64,000 nt of DNA from Sedimentisphaerales bacterium (GCA_963708075.1 OY970194.1:544001-608000), one strand, 5' to 3'; positions 1-11,455 are shown, numbered from the stretch's first letter. Made by a program: numbers and translations. Notes: generated from the letters alone by a model not told the origin.

Positions 1-1
1 T

Positions 2-2986
2 GCGGTCCTGCCACCTGCGGGGGAGGACCAGCAGCGACGATTCGAGCTGGCCCTGCCCATGGCGCTGACGAACCGCGTCAGCCTGATGGTCCCCGACGCC
101 AACGTGTCTATCGAGGCTCCTCGGGCGGTCTTTCTGACCAGCGACCAGCGAGGGGGACAGACACGAGTCGAGACGATGTTCGCACCGGGTCAACCCGCTA
201 TGTTCACTTGGCGTCCCCTGGAGCGTCAGGCGGCCCAGGAAGAGGTTCGCTTCTATGCTCAGGACCTGGCTCTGGCCAGCGTGACCCCCGGCCTGCTGCA
301 GGTCTTCCACGAAGTCCGGCTGCAGATCGCGCAGGGCCAGGTGGATCGGCTGACGGTGGACGTGGCACCGGGCCAGACCGTGACGTCCGTCAATGGACCG
401 CAGGTCGGAGCTTGGCGCTTTGACCCGGTTGGCCATCATCTGGAGGTCCGCCTCAGCCAGCCGGTGACGGGATCCTACGCGATGACCCTTGTCACCCAAT
501 CGGCCAATGCCGCCGTGCCTTACGACGTGCGTCTGGAGCCACTGGCGGTACAGGGTGCCCTGGATCAGCATAGCGTGGTGGGCCTGGCGGCGGAGCCCTC
601 CGTTTACGTTCAGTTGGATCAACATCCGGCGGCGATGAATGTTCAGGATTACGTGCGTGAGGTTGGGCAACTGGTCAAGGTAGTGCCCGGCCTCGCGATC
701 GAGCAGATCAGCCAGGCCTTTCGGTTCGAATCCCAGGGCAGCGCAGTGACCGGTCGCGTGCAGGCCGTACAGAGCGAAATCCGAAGTCAGGAGACGGCCC
801 GATTCAATGTGGAGGACGACCGGCTCGTCTACAACAGTCAATGGGGCATCGAGATTGCCAAGGCCGGCCGATTCGATGTGGACCTGCTCATGCCCGAGGG
901 CTTCGACATCGACGCCCTGGAGGCACAGGAGGTCAGCCACTGGGACGAATCCACGGAGGCGGGCCAGCGCCGCGTGAAGGTGCACTTCAAGCACAGACTG
1001 ACGGGATCGGTGCAGTTGAAGCTGGCATTGAGCCAGGCGCTGGCGGAGATTCCCGATCGCCTGGCCGCACCGCGCGTGATGGTGGCGGGGGGGCTCAAAC
1101 ACGCCGGGTATCTGGTGATTGGCTCGGAACAGGGTGTGCGCATATCCGTGGCATCCAGGCAGGGGGTCAGCGAAGTCAATCCCGCGGAGTTGGGCCACAC
1201 GAGCCAGGGCCTCCTGGCGTTCCAGTTCCTCAGGCCCGATTGGCAGCTTCAACTGCAAACGGAGCTGATCCAGGCGAGAGTCACGGTGCAGAGCCTTCAC
1301 GTGGCCAAGGTGACGGACGGCCTGGTCCGCCACGAACATGCGCTGCGGTATCGGCTGTACCACGCGGGGACGAAGGCCTTCGGACTGACCTTGCCGCCGG
1401 AGGCCGTGGGCGTGACGATCACCGGCCCGGGCATCGCCCGGCGCGAGCAGGCCAGTCCGGGGCAGTGGCGGGTGGAGCTGGCGGATAAGGTGTACGACCA
1501 GCCGTACCTGATGAGTGTGAAATATGAGACCCGGTATAACCCGGCCGATGGGAACGTCCCGCTGGCGCCCGTCCGGTGCCAGGATGCGGATCTCCAGCAG
1601 GGCTACACGGCGGTGTTTGCCACGGATCGCGTGGAGCTGGCCGCCAATTCGACGGATGCCACGCTGCGTCCCGCCGATGCCCGGAGCATCCCTGAATATT
1701 TCGGGGCAGGCGACCTCTCCGGCGCGGCGATGTGTTTTCGCTGCGTGTCCTCGCAGTACTCCCTGGCCGTGCGGGCCAGGCGGCATGCCGCCGCCGACCA
1801 GATCGGCGCGGAGGTGCTCAAGACCGATCTGATCACCGTGGTCACGGCTACCGGCCAGACAATCAACCGGGTAGTCCTCATGTTGCGGGTGGGCAGTCAG
1901 CGTCATCTGCAGACGATCCTTCCCGAAGCAGCGTCTATCTGGTCTCTGGCGGTGGATGGCCAGGCGGTGCAGCCATCCGTTCGCACCACGGCGGAGGGAC
2001 GCAGTGCACTACTCATACCGCTGCCGCAACAGACCTCGGACGATGTGCTGGTGGACATGGTCTATGTCTCCGGCCTGTCCCTGGCAGCCGGCTGGTCGGG
2101 GCGCCACAGCCTGGCCGGGCCGCGGTTTGACCTGCCGCTCAAGAACATCACCTGGCAGGTCCACATGCCCGAGGGCTTCACCTATAGTGATTTCGAAGGG
2201 ACCATACCCGTTCACCCGCGAATCGCGGAAGCCGGCGGTGTGTTGCGATACGATATGCAGACCTACCAGCAGCAAATCCTGGAGGTCAATCGGCGCAATG
2301 AGATGGTCGCCCAGCAGCAGCAGAGCCGCGCACGCGAGCTGGCCCAGAAGGGAGAGCAGACTGCCGCCCGCCAGGCCCTGACCAAAGGGTACAATTTCTC
2401 AGTCAGCAACATGGCCCTGAATGAAGACATCCGCGTGGATCTCGACAACCTCTTGAGGCAACAGGCCAAGGTGGGCCTGATCAACGCCCGGGACCGCCTG
2501 CGTCAGCAAAGCGGCGGAGCCCCGGACAGCCAGGCGCCGAGCGTGATCCCCACGGACGGTCAGGGCTTCAGCCAGCAGCAGGCGGAGCGCATCGAGAGTT
2601 CCCTGGGCCAGGCGGACAGCGAGAACCTCGAGCTGATCACCCGCCGGATCATCCAGACTCAGGCCTCCGCCGAGACCTCCGTGGCTCAGATCCAGGTGAC
2701 GATGCCGGTCTGCGGCCAGGTGTTGCGATTCGACAGCCCCTTGCAGGTGGAGCCCGCGGCGGAGATGGCGGTGGCCTTCACGGCCAAGCCGCAGCGCCTC
2801 GCCCAAGTCGATCCGAGCCTCTGGTATGGATTCGGGCTCTTTGGGGTGCTGCTGGTCTGCGGTGCCGTGGTCAACGCGATTCGCCGGCCCTGGGGCGCCC
2901 TATGCATGTGGTTGCAGAGTGCTCCTGTGCCCATCGTTGGCTCTGTTCAGCGGACCGGACCCGTATCGTCAGACGAGCTATCGTGA
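2..2986 (+). CDS. Large uncharacterised membrane-anchored protein with ~4 internal beta-rich repeats (5'-truncated)
   Basis: Frame is open from base 2 (AVLPPAGEDQQRRFELALP-M). Repeated ~170-aa modules, a Gln-rich helical segment and a C-terminal TM (LWYGFGLFGVLLVCGAVV). Confidence 0.8.
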   Translation, partial: AVLPPAGEDQQRRFELALPMALTNRVSLMVPDANVSIEAPRAVFLTSDQRGGQTRVETMFAPGQPAMFTWRPLERQAAQEEVRFYAQDLALASVTPGLLQVFHEVRLQIAQGQVDRLTVDVAPGQTVTSVNGPQVGAWRFDPVGHHLEVRLSQPVTGSYAMTLVTQSANAAVPYDVRLEPLAVQGALDQHSVVGLAAEPSVYVQLDQHPAAMNVQDYVREVGQLVKVVPGLAIEQISQAFRFESQGSAVTGRVQAVQSEIRSQETARFNVEDDRLVYNSQWGIEIAKAGRFDVDLLMPEGFDIDALEAQEVSHWDESTEAGQRRVKVHFKHRLTGSVQLKLALSQALAEIPDRLAAPRVMVAGGLKHAGYLVIGSEQGVRISVASRQGVSEVNPAELGHTSQGLLAFQFLRPDWQLQLQTELIQARVTVQSLHVAKVTDGLVRHEHALRYRLYHAGTKAFGLTLPPEAVGVTITGPGIARREQASPGQWRVELADKVYDQPYLMSVKYETRYNPADGNVPLAPVRCQDADLQQGYTAVFATDRVELAANSTDATLRPADARSIPEYFGAGDLSGAAMCFRCVSSQYSLAVRARRHAAADQIGAEVLKTDLITVVTATGQTINRVVLMLRVGSQRHLQTILPEAASIWSLAVDGQAVQPSVRTTAEGRSALLIPLPQQTSDDVLVDMVYVSGLSLAAGWSGRHSLAGPRFDLPLKNITWQVHMPEGFTYSDFEGTIPVHPRIAEAGGVLRYDMQTYQQQILEVNRRNEMVAQQQQSRARELAQKGEQTAARQALTKGYNFSVSNMALNEDIRVDLDNLLRQQAKVGLINARDRLRQQSGGAPDSQAPSVIPTDGQGFSQQQAERIESSLGQADSENLELITRRIIQTQASAETSVAQIQVTMPVCGQVLRFDSPLQVEPAAEMAVAFTAKPQRLAQVDPSLWYGFGLFGVLLVCGAVVNAIRRPWGALCMWLQSAPVPIVGSVQRTGPVSSDELS

Positions 2987-3003
2987 TCTGATAGCCGCCT
3001 CAT

Positions 3004-6000
3004 TTACAGGCCGCCGGCCGGATCGACGAGGATCGCGTCGCCGAACGCGACTTTGACGGATTGCGGTGTGTCGGTGGCGAGGACCATCCCGGCCTTGAGG
3101 GCCGTGCTGCCGGCCGGCAGGGCGGCGGAGTGCCTGGACATCCAGACGCCATCCACGCGCTGCTCGAAGGATAGCGTGTTGCCGATGCGCCGGATGCGAA
3201 GATCAGCTTGCGAAACATTCCAGGCGTTGGATCGCAGCAAGCTTGACACACCGGAAGCTGTGATCCGTCGGACATTGAGCATTGTCCCATCTTCGATCCC
3301 GAACGCATATCGCACCGGACCGCCGACTTCCTGGATCTCCGCCAGTATGCCCGTCATGTAGTCACCGAACACCTGTCCCCGCAACTCCAACCTGGAAAGG
3401 AACGCCCAATCTGCGGAAGACGGCACCGGGCGCCAGATCAGCGGGTACTTGGGCGACTGCACCAGCCAGCGGGAACGCTCGATCATTCCACACCTGCAGG
3501 ACCAGAGAGCCTTCAATCTCCGTCAGCGAGTAGGAGGGGCCGGTGGTGTAGTTGGCGCGAATCGCGACGTTTTCCATGTTCCAGAACAGCTCCAGGCGCG
3601 GGAGGTCGAATGTGCTGAGCCCCTCCGGTCCGTAGATGGCCGCGTCGCGTTGGATCGTGGCGGAGGCGCCGTCGGCATCCTGACCTGTCACCGCAAAGCT
3701 GTAGATGCCGGGATGGGAGAAGGCAGCCGTCACCACCTCTTGGTCATTGGAGTCCAATGACACGTCCGAAGGCGTGACCGACCACGAATATTGCAGGGGC
3801 CCGCCTTCCGGATCGTAACTGCCCGAGGCGTCCAGAATGAACTGCTCGTGCATGAACCCGTGCCAGGATGGTGGATCGGTCTCCACCGCCATAACCGGCG
3901 GTGCGTTGCCCGTCTTGTTCAGCGTGATCTTTTCCTCGTGAAGAACCGCTCCAAACTCATCCACGCCCTGGACAGCCAGCTCATTGACACCAGTGTGCAG
4001 GAGGGTGCCCGTCAGGGTCCAGGCATATTCGCTGGCCCACGCGAACCTGGCCTCCGGATGGTCGGCGACTTGGACCTTGAAGACCCGCAACGGGGCGACG
4101 CCGGAAAGGGTAATGGTGTTGGCGCCGGTGGAGATCGGCTCACCGTTGTTGGTAACGACGGCGAAAATCATCGTCCTGTTCGACCCCAGCAGGTTGAACG
4201 CCGGCGTCTGGCGATTCGTGAACCAGCTCACGTATCCAAAGTTGAATGCATATTGAGTGCTGGCGTTCTCTTCGAGCTGCAGCCACCTGTAGAACCGCGG
4301 CGAATTGAGCGTGTAGTTCTCCATGCAGCCGAGTCAGGTAGTGCTTGAACAGGCGGAAGTTGTAGGGCTTTTCCATGTACGGCCGGAACCCGACCATACC
4401 ATTGTAGAATTCCGCATAGGCGTTGTCGAACGACCGCTTCATGTCCCACGGCAGGAACATGAAACGCCCGTCCGTGGATCGGCGATAGAAGTAGCAGTTC
4501 TTGCCGCGATTGAGCGAGAAGAAGTCCCAGGCGTGAATGTAACCGGCCACGGCGCTGGCCTTCATGAGAGCCACAGGATCGACCAGCCGCTCGATCTCCG
4601 CCTGCGTGTAAGAGCCGTTGACCTTCTTGAAGAGACTGACCAGGGCACTGTAATCGTCCTCGTTCTCCTTCGTGCGCTTCATCCATTCGCTGCGGTAGCG
4701 GCCCGCGTTGTCGGAGCTCTTATAGCTCCAATCGGCATCGCGATTCCTGCGGTTCCAGTCGTCCTGGAACCACCATTCATCGTCGATCTTGTACAATTCG
4801 CCCTGGCTGCCGTTCTCGTAGGCGCGGTCGAGCATGTCGTTGCCGACCACCTCCATCTCCTCGCGGACCGAGCCGCCTCCGTTGTTGACCTTCACCACGA
4901 TAAACTCGTTCTCGTTGGTCGGGTTTCCCAGCAGATACAGCCAGTAGCGGACCACTCGGTCATGGCTCCACCAGCCCACATCGTAGTTGCGATATACGAG
5001 ATTCCCCTTGCCTCGAAACAGGTTGTCCTCGGGGAACTTGAACTTGGCACGGTCAACGCCGCCGCCGCGGGTCCAGGGACTGCCGGCCGGCCGGATCTCG
5101 CACCCGTAGATGACATCGTTCTCATTGACGATTATGGTCGCGTTGAAGTAGTGATTGGACAGGCGGGGAAATGCATAGCCATACGAAGCCGTGGCGCCGT
5201 CTCCGTCCGAGATATCCCGCAGATCCAGGGCGGACATCACGAACCGCATCCGCCGCAGGTCCCCGGCGGCCATGGGCGAATCGACAACGTACATCGCCGG
5301 CCGATCACTCCCTTCTTTGGGCAACTGGCTGGCTCGATTGTTGGGCGAGGGAGGCCTGGACATAGAACTGCACGACCTGGCCGCTCTGGCCGTATTCGGT
5401 CAGTTGCGCGGTGTAGACTCCGTCGCCGGCTTGTTCGTCGCCGCCCGATACGCCGTCGTCGGCCATCGGCTTGCCGGCCCAGGTCCCGTTGCCGGTGTTG
5501 TTGTCCAGACGGTGAAACAGCAGGACCTGAGGCGAAGGCGTCTGAGATACCACACGGGCCGTCACCCGCACATTCCGGCCGGGGGCGGGCACCGCCGGGT
5601 CGTGCATGAGATCGTCCACCTGCGGAGCGGGCTCCGCGATGAAACAGGAATTCCGGGCTCCGGGAGTCCCGATATCGGCCGGCACGGGCAGCGAGATGCT
5701 CGTGGCGATGCTGTGGTCCCAGGTTTCGACGATCAGACGCGATGCACCCGAGACCCAGCGGGCATCGAAACTGATCTCATACGTCTGGTTGGCCTGCATT
5801 GCAGTGACGTCGATCTCGATTCGGTTGGGCCGATTATCACCGTGGCCGTCGGAAATGATATGCAGCTCTCCGTTTTCCATGTGGCTGGCGTAATGGGTGC
5901 CCTGGGCGAGCCATCCGTTGGCGCTGCGGCCGTCCGTGGACATCCTGTTCCCGTTGAGGATCAGGTTGGACCCCGTGCGATTCAGCCGGACCTGGATGTT

Positions 6001-8447
6001 CTTCAGGACCACGTGACTGTCGCCCACCAGGTAGAAGTGAAGCTCCTTATAGTCGGTGGGTGAGCCCATCGTCGTCAGTTGCCGGAAGACATCTGAGTAG
6101 CTGTAGTGCTGGAAGGGCATCCTGTTGGATTCATCGCTGTCGAACCAGGCGGAGGCCAGGCTGTTGTCCATCCAGGGGTTTCGCAGCTCCATGCTGCTGC
6201 CGTCTCCGTTGGTGCGGTTGGGCCAGTTGCCGCCGGGCAAGTAGTCCACCTCATCGGCGAGATTGCCCCATCGATCGACCAGCCGGACCACCTCGCCCTG
6301 GTTGCTCAATCGCCCGTCGAAGTCGCCCACCACGGGGATGTTGCCGTACGTGGCACGCACCCAGTTGGCATCGGCGGCCACCACCAGGTAGCCGTCTCGG
6401 GGGATGGCAGTGCCGGCCGGCATCGTGAAATCGATCCCATCGACGAATTGCCAGCCGGAAATGTCCACGGCCGTGGTCCCGCGATTGTAAAGCTCGATGA
6501 ATTCGCTGGTCGGTTCATCCGACGGCGGGTCGTACATGATTTCGTTGATTACGATATCTGTGTTCCTCGCGGGGTTGTTGGCGGCTCCCCGGGTGCTCTG
6601 CAGACGAGGCGTACCAGTTGTTCGAGCCCTGTGGAAAGGCTTGCAGACAATCCCCCAGTGTCGGTCGCTCGAAGACGCGGGCAGACGAGCACTGTGTCGG
6701 TCGAGTTGACAAGGAACAGGGTAACTTCGCCGCCGGAGAGCGAGAATGCGACGTTCTGACTGGCGTAGCCGCCTGCCGGGATCGACCCGCTGAGCGGGAT
6801 CTTGTCCGACAGATCGGCCTTGGCCGCCAGGAACAGGCCATCCAGCGGAATCCCTTCATTGCCGCTGTTGTAGAGTTCCACCCAATCCACCCTGCCGGCG
6901 CCGCTGAAGTGGACCTCATTCAGGTGGATTTCCGCCGCGATGTCGCTTTGGCTGACGTTCGGCGTGCCGCGGGTGGGCTCGGTGAAGAGGAACCACGAGC
7001 TGCTGCCTGTAGGTTTGCGGCCGATGGAGCGGCCGTCCAGCGGCATGACGGTGCTCACGGCATTGATGACTGTTGCACCATCCGGCGCGACCAGGTAGAC
7101 CTTCACCGGGCTCGCCACGGCCAGGCCGGATTCGGCGAAGCCCACTGAAACCAGCCCTGCCGCGGGCACCGTAACATCGGTTGTGACACGGAACTTCCGC
7201 AGGTTCGCCGGGTCGTCCGTGAAGTAGTGGTCGCGCAGGTTGATCGGGCCGGCTCCGGGATTATAGATCTCCACGAACCCGGCCCCGGTCGCTCCCGGCA
7301 GCACCTCGTTGATCTGCAGGCTCGGCTGAGTCGGCACTGAGATGTTCAGACGCATCCCGAACACGACGTCGGAACTGGTCTGGTTTGTCTGGTGCACCTC
7401 CACTGCCAGGACATTCGTGCCATTGACGAGAGCCGACCCGTCAGCCGTGATCACACCCAGTTCCTCAACGGCATCGCCGGTCGTACGACTGCTGGTCGTG
7501 GTGAAGGTGACTATGCCCGAAGGCATGCCGGACCTGCCGATTTCCTGGCCATTCAAATAGTACACCGCGCCGTCGTCGAGGACTTGATCGATGGTGACCG
7601 TCACGCCCTTGAGGCTGCCGTTGTAGGTGAATTTCGTGCGGAGGTAGAACGTCAACTGCTGGGAGTTTGTGAAGGGCGTGCGAATCCCCGGGGCCGGCAG
7701 GGATGCGTTCTCGAACCCGAACAGGCCGGGCCCCTGTTGCCATGCGCTGTCGTCAAAAGCCGGCGCCCGCCAACCGGTGCCCAGGTCCACGTTCTTATCG
7801 CTGTACCGCCACGTGTCGCCGTAGCTCACAAACGGGATCCCTGCGATCAGGTTGACTTCCGGGTTGGTGATGGGGGTCTCCGCGGCCTGGATCTCCTCGC
7901 TGCCCGGCGTGCCGCCCAGCCGGCCGCTGACGGTCCAATTGTGCCAGTCGTCGGTCTTCCTGTCCGGATTTCTGAGCACCAGCGAGTGACCTGCTCCGTC
8001 CGCCGCCGGAGACCATCGGCCCCGGTCGTTGTACTCCACCGTGCAGACCAGCGTCCCATTCTTGTCCCTGAGCGTGATGCGCTCGCCGCTGTTCTTCAGG
8101 TTGCCATCCCATGGTCCATACACGCGAACCGTGGGCGCGACATTGTAGGCGGCCCGCAACGTCGCCTCATCGACGGCGGACAACAGGATCCGCTCGAAGG
8201 GTTTCAGGAAAGTCCGATCCGCCTCGTCGGCGAAAAACGGCGGAAACACGTACTCCACCCCTTCGCACAGTCGCCACTCCGCGATGTCCAAAGGCGTGGC
8301 GGTATTGTTGCATACCTCGATGTACTCAGGCAGTGTGCCGGGCGGGTGGTACATGATCTCGCTGAAGACGACCTGTTCGGCGTGGGCGTCAGATGCTCCG
8401 ATCAGCAGTACGGCCAAAAAGGCGGGAATCCAGCACAAACCCTTCAT
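3004..8447 (-). CDS. Secreted lamin-tail-domain / CotH kinase / PKD multidomain protein, ~1812 aa, split by five +1 frameshifts (sequencing error or pseudogene)
   Basis: GGAGG RBS and signal peptide MKGLCWIPAF. LTD motifs VVFSEIMYHP, QINEVL, HLNEVH, VINEIMYDP. CotH-like HAWD and FLPWD. PKD-like LDASGSYDPEG..YSW. ORFs 6549-8468, 6515-6919, 5305-6537, 4140-5363, 3362-4324 and 3004-3516 join by single-base skips. Confidence 0.85.
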
Positions 8448-8666
8448 CACGATCCTCCAAATGCCCACCTGTCAGACGCGGCCGTGCCGTAGGGTCTGAT
8501 AAAACATGCCTTGGTCTGCAAACAGACAGGCTCATCATCCCAAGTCCGAGGTGGATGACAGATACAAGGCTATTATAACATGGACTACCGGTAGGGCATC
8601 GGGAAAACACCGGATCGTTGAGCCAAGAGCCAAAGGTGTCTGTGCAGATCGCAGCGCATTGAGGAT

Positions 8667-8712
8667 GGGTGGCAACGGCAAGCTCCGCAGACTCCGCTTG
8701 CCGCTGCCACCC
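8667..8712. repeat. REP-like palindrome, family B (GGGTGGCAGCGGCAAGC ends)
   Basis: GGGTGGCAACGGCAAGC...GCTTGCCGCTGCCACCC; same ends at 9789-9869 and 50520-50613. Confidence 0.8.
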
Positions 8713-8793
8713 GTACAAGTGACTTGTGTCAGCCCAGTCTCAAGGACTTGGGACGTCGTCAATTCGCTTGACGGCGGTCATTTGGCCGGGCGT

Positions 8794-9666
8794 TTACGCC
8801 TTTGGCTTTTCTTCAATCCTGGCCTTTTTGATGACCAGCTCTTCCGTGGGTTTGCCCTGCGGCGTACCGGCGGCTTCGAGCTTCTTTACGGTGTCCTGTC
8901 CCGCAACGACTTCGCCAAAGATCGTATGCTTGCCATCCAGCCAGGGTGTTTCCTTGAACGTAATGAAGAACTGGCTGCCGTCGGTGTTCGGGCCGGCGTT
9001 GGCCATGCTGAGCAGGTAGGGCCGGTCGTGCTTGACGTTAGGACTAATCTCGCCCGCGTAGGCATAGCCCGGGCCGCCGGTGCCGGTGCCGAGGGGGCAG
9101 CCGCCCTGAGCCATGAAGCCCGGAATCACCCGGTGGAAGATCGTGCCGTCGTAGAAGCCCTTGTTCGTCAGGAAGATCGTGCTGGTGACGTGCATCGGGG
9201 CGATCTGCGGCATCAGCTTGATCCGGATCTCGCCCTTGTTCGTGTCGAGAATCCAGAAGTAGTCCTTAGTGGCGTCGAACTTCATCATCTCAGGCTTTGT
9301 GAGCTTCAGTTTCCAGGCATTCTGGTCGCCCAGCTTTTTGATCGCATCTTCACTGCGTTTATCCTGCTCCACCTTGAGTTTCTCCATGCGTTTCTGGCTC
9401 CATGCCTTCATGATCTCTCCTTGCTGCTGCGGACTGAACGGGCCGGGCTTGCCGGCCAGCGCGTTGCGCACGCCGCGAATCAGCAATTCCACGTTCACGT
9501 CCACGCCTTGTGCCTTGAGGTTCGCTACGAACTGCGTGCCGATGATGTAGCTGACCTTGTCCACCTCGGTCTTGAAATCGTTTGTATCCTGCACCGCGGC
9601 GAAACCTGTGGTGGCGGCCAGCAGAACACTGCAAACGGCAACATATGCGTACTTGTGAGCTCCCAC
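8794..9666 (-). CDS. Exported peptidyl-prolyl isomerase: FKBP N-terminal (Mip/FkpA dimerisation) domain fused to a cyclophilin domain
   Basis: GTG start after GGAGG, then a signal peptide. [20 protein letters not shown] is FKBP_N-like. [36 protein letters not shown] and [10 protein letters not shown] are cyclophilin motifs. Confidence 0.9.
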   Translation of the reverse strand: MGAHKYAYVAVCSVLLAATTGFAAVQDTNDFKTEVDKVSYIIGTQFVANLKAQGVDVNVELLIRGVRNALAGKPGPFSPQQQGEIMKAWSQKRMEKLKVEQDKRSEDAIKKLGDQNAWKLKLTKPEMMKFDATKDYFWILDTNKGEIRIKLMPQIAPMHVTSTIFLTNKGFYDGTIFHRVIPGFMAQGGCPLGTGTGGPGYAYAGEISPNVKHDRPYLLSMANAGPNTDGSQFFITFKETPWLDGKHTIFGEVVAGQDTVKKLEAAGTPQGKPTEELVIKKARIEEKPKA

Positions 9667-9788
9667 TGTCAATACCTCCAAAGTTCTGGTTCAAAAAGTA
9701 CATTCCATAGTAACCGTAAGAATAGCCGAGATCCCCGGCCAGTTCAATTCCAAAGTGAAACGTGGCGAGACTGAGGATTTCATATTTC

Positions 9789-9869
9789 GGGTGGCAGCGG
9801 CAAGGCCGAGAGCTTCGCCGATGGCAGATGGGCAGACCGTCAGCACGCCTGCGCTTGCCGCTGCCACCC
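9789..9869. repeat. REP-like doublet, family B
   Basis: GGGTGGCAGCGGCAAG...CTTGCCGCTGCCACCC terminal inverted repeat. Confidence 0.8.
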
Positions 9870-9927
9870 GATCAGCAGGAAACGCACAAACCCAGCACGC
9901 GGTCAACCTGTACGGTCCGTAAGCAAT

Positions 9928-11151
9928 CTATGGGGTTACTTTATTGGGATCGAGCGCGGTTGTCGGGGCGGCAAGATGGGCGAATACGCCGTAGCTGGAG
10001 CCATCCTGGTTTTCGCTTTCCCATGCGGCAACGAATGAGCCGTCGGCCGCCACGGCCACATCAGGATATCTCTGCCTGTCTTGCGTGTAGGTGTTGAGCT
10101 GGAATGGGTCGCCGACAGGCTGCCCCTGGCCGTCAAATCGCCGAGCGAAGACGTCAGTGGCGGCGTTCGGGTCGCTCGTTCCGTGCTCCCAGACGACGGC
10201 AAACTCGTTGGCGTCATTGATGGCGACCTGCGGCCACTGCTGTGCGCCGGTGCGGGTCGTATTGACAAGGAATGGCTCGCCCGCGGGCAGGCCGTTTGGA
10301 TCGTAGAGCCGGGCGCGGATGTCGTCATCGGCCGCACGGTTCGGATCGCCATCCCAGGCGATGACAAAGTGCCCCCCGGAGTTCATGGCGATGGAAGGGC
10401 GGGTCAGTGAGCTTATGTCCTCTGCGTTGACTTGGAATGGATCCGCTGCCGGCGTGCCACTTGGATCGAACAGACGCGCCATGACCGGATGGCTGCTGCG
10501 GTTCTGGATCCATACGACGGCGAACCGGCCGGAGTTGTCTGCGGCAACTTCGGGGTATTGGCAGTCGTACACGGAGGTATCTGCCGTGATCTCTTGACTG
10601 AGCGCGGCTCCATTGGGCTCGAACACCTGGACGTGCACGGAGGTTATGTTGACGTCATTGACAACCTCCCGGCTCTCCCACGCGAGGACGATCGAGCGGT
10701 CATTCATAGCGACGCTCGGGTAGAGTTGCCTGCCCGCTGTGTGCGGGTTGATCAACAGTTCGTCGACGGTGGGTTTGCCGTTTGGGTCGAACAGCCTCAG
10801 GTAGATATCCTCCTGGTCGAGCCCGGGCCCTTGCCAGGCGACGGCGAAGCCGCCCCGGGGATTTGCCGCGACTGCCGGTTCCGTCTGGTTGCCCTCGGTC
10901 AGGACGTTCACCTGGAACTCGTCGCCGGCGAAACCGCCGAGTGGATCGAGCCGGCGGGCGAGAATATCGTTCGACCGTCCCGCCGCGCTTAAATAGCTGC
11001 TCCAGACGACAATCGAGCCTCCTGCCGCCTCGATGGCCACGGCAGAATCCGCCTGTGACCCGCTGGTTCGTACGTTCACCTGGACCTCCGCCGCCAGCAC
11101 CGCCGGCAATGCGCACACGACCACCACACACAGCACACTACTGTTTCTCAT
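9928..11151 (-). CDS. Secreted protein with seven FQVN-x-T-x-G-x-Q-x-P-x-VA repeats (probable beta-propeller)
   Basis: GGAGG RBS, signal peptide MRNSSVLCVVVV, seven ~60-aa repeats. Confidence 0.8.
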   Translation of the reverse strand: MRNSSVLCVVVVCALPAVLAAEVQVNVRTSGSQADSAVAIEAAGGSIVVWSSYLSAAGRSNDILARRLDPLGGFAGDEFQVNVLTEGNQTEPAVAANPRGGFAVAWQGPGLDQEDIYLRLFDPNGKPTVDELLINPHTAGRQLYPSVAMNDRSIVLAWESREVVNDVNITSVHVQVFEPNGAALSQEITADTSVYDCQYPEVAADNSGRFAVVWIQNRSSHPVMARLFDPSGTPAADPFQVNAEDISSLTRPSIAMNSGGHFVIAWDGDPNRAADDDIRARLYDPNGLPAGEPFLVNTTRTGAQQWPQVAINDANEFAVVWEHGTSDPNAATDVFARRFDGQGQPVGDPFQLNTYTQDRQRYPDVAVAADGSFVAAWESENQDGSSYGVFAHLAAPTTALDPNKVTP

Positions 11152-11455
11152 AGATACTACCCTCCCTTGTCTGACGCGCCGAATCGCGGTCGCGCGCAAG
11201 CCCGCTGTCGGTGCGGGCACACCACGAATACAGGCGACCATTTGGAATCCGGCGGAACCTCACGGTGTCTGCCACGTCTCGCCGTGGCGTTGTCAAAGTT
11301 GTCGCTCTCGCCGTTCCACAGGGCCGAGCCATCCGGCGGAACTCTCCGCCACATCTCGATGGTGATTGTAGCGGGGGCTCACGGTTTGTCCAGAGAAAAG
11401 CGGGGGAATTATGATAGACTCACTCCGCACGCCGGGACGCAATCGTAAGAACGGA

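Noticed and set aside
3004..8447. Programmed frameshifting or phase variation in the LTD-CotH gene
   Set aside because: No slippery heptamers or long homopolymers at the five junctions.
11290..11362. SAM-I riboswitch resemblance on the minus strand (ATCGAGA..GGCGGAGAG..GGCCCTGTG)
   Set aside because: The GCAACC core and P1 closure are missing, and the downstream gene is unrelated to sulfur metabolism.
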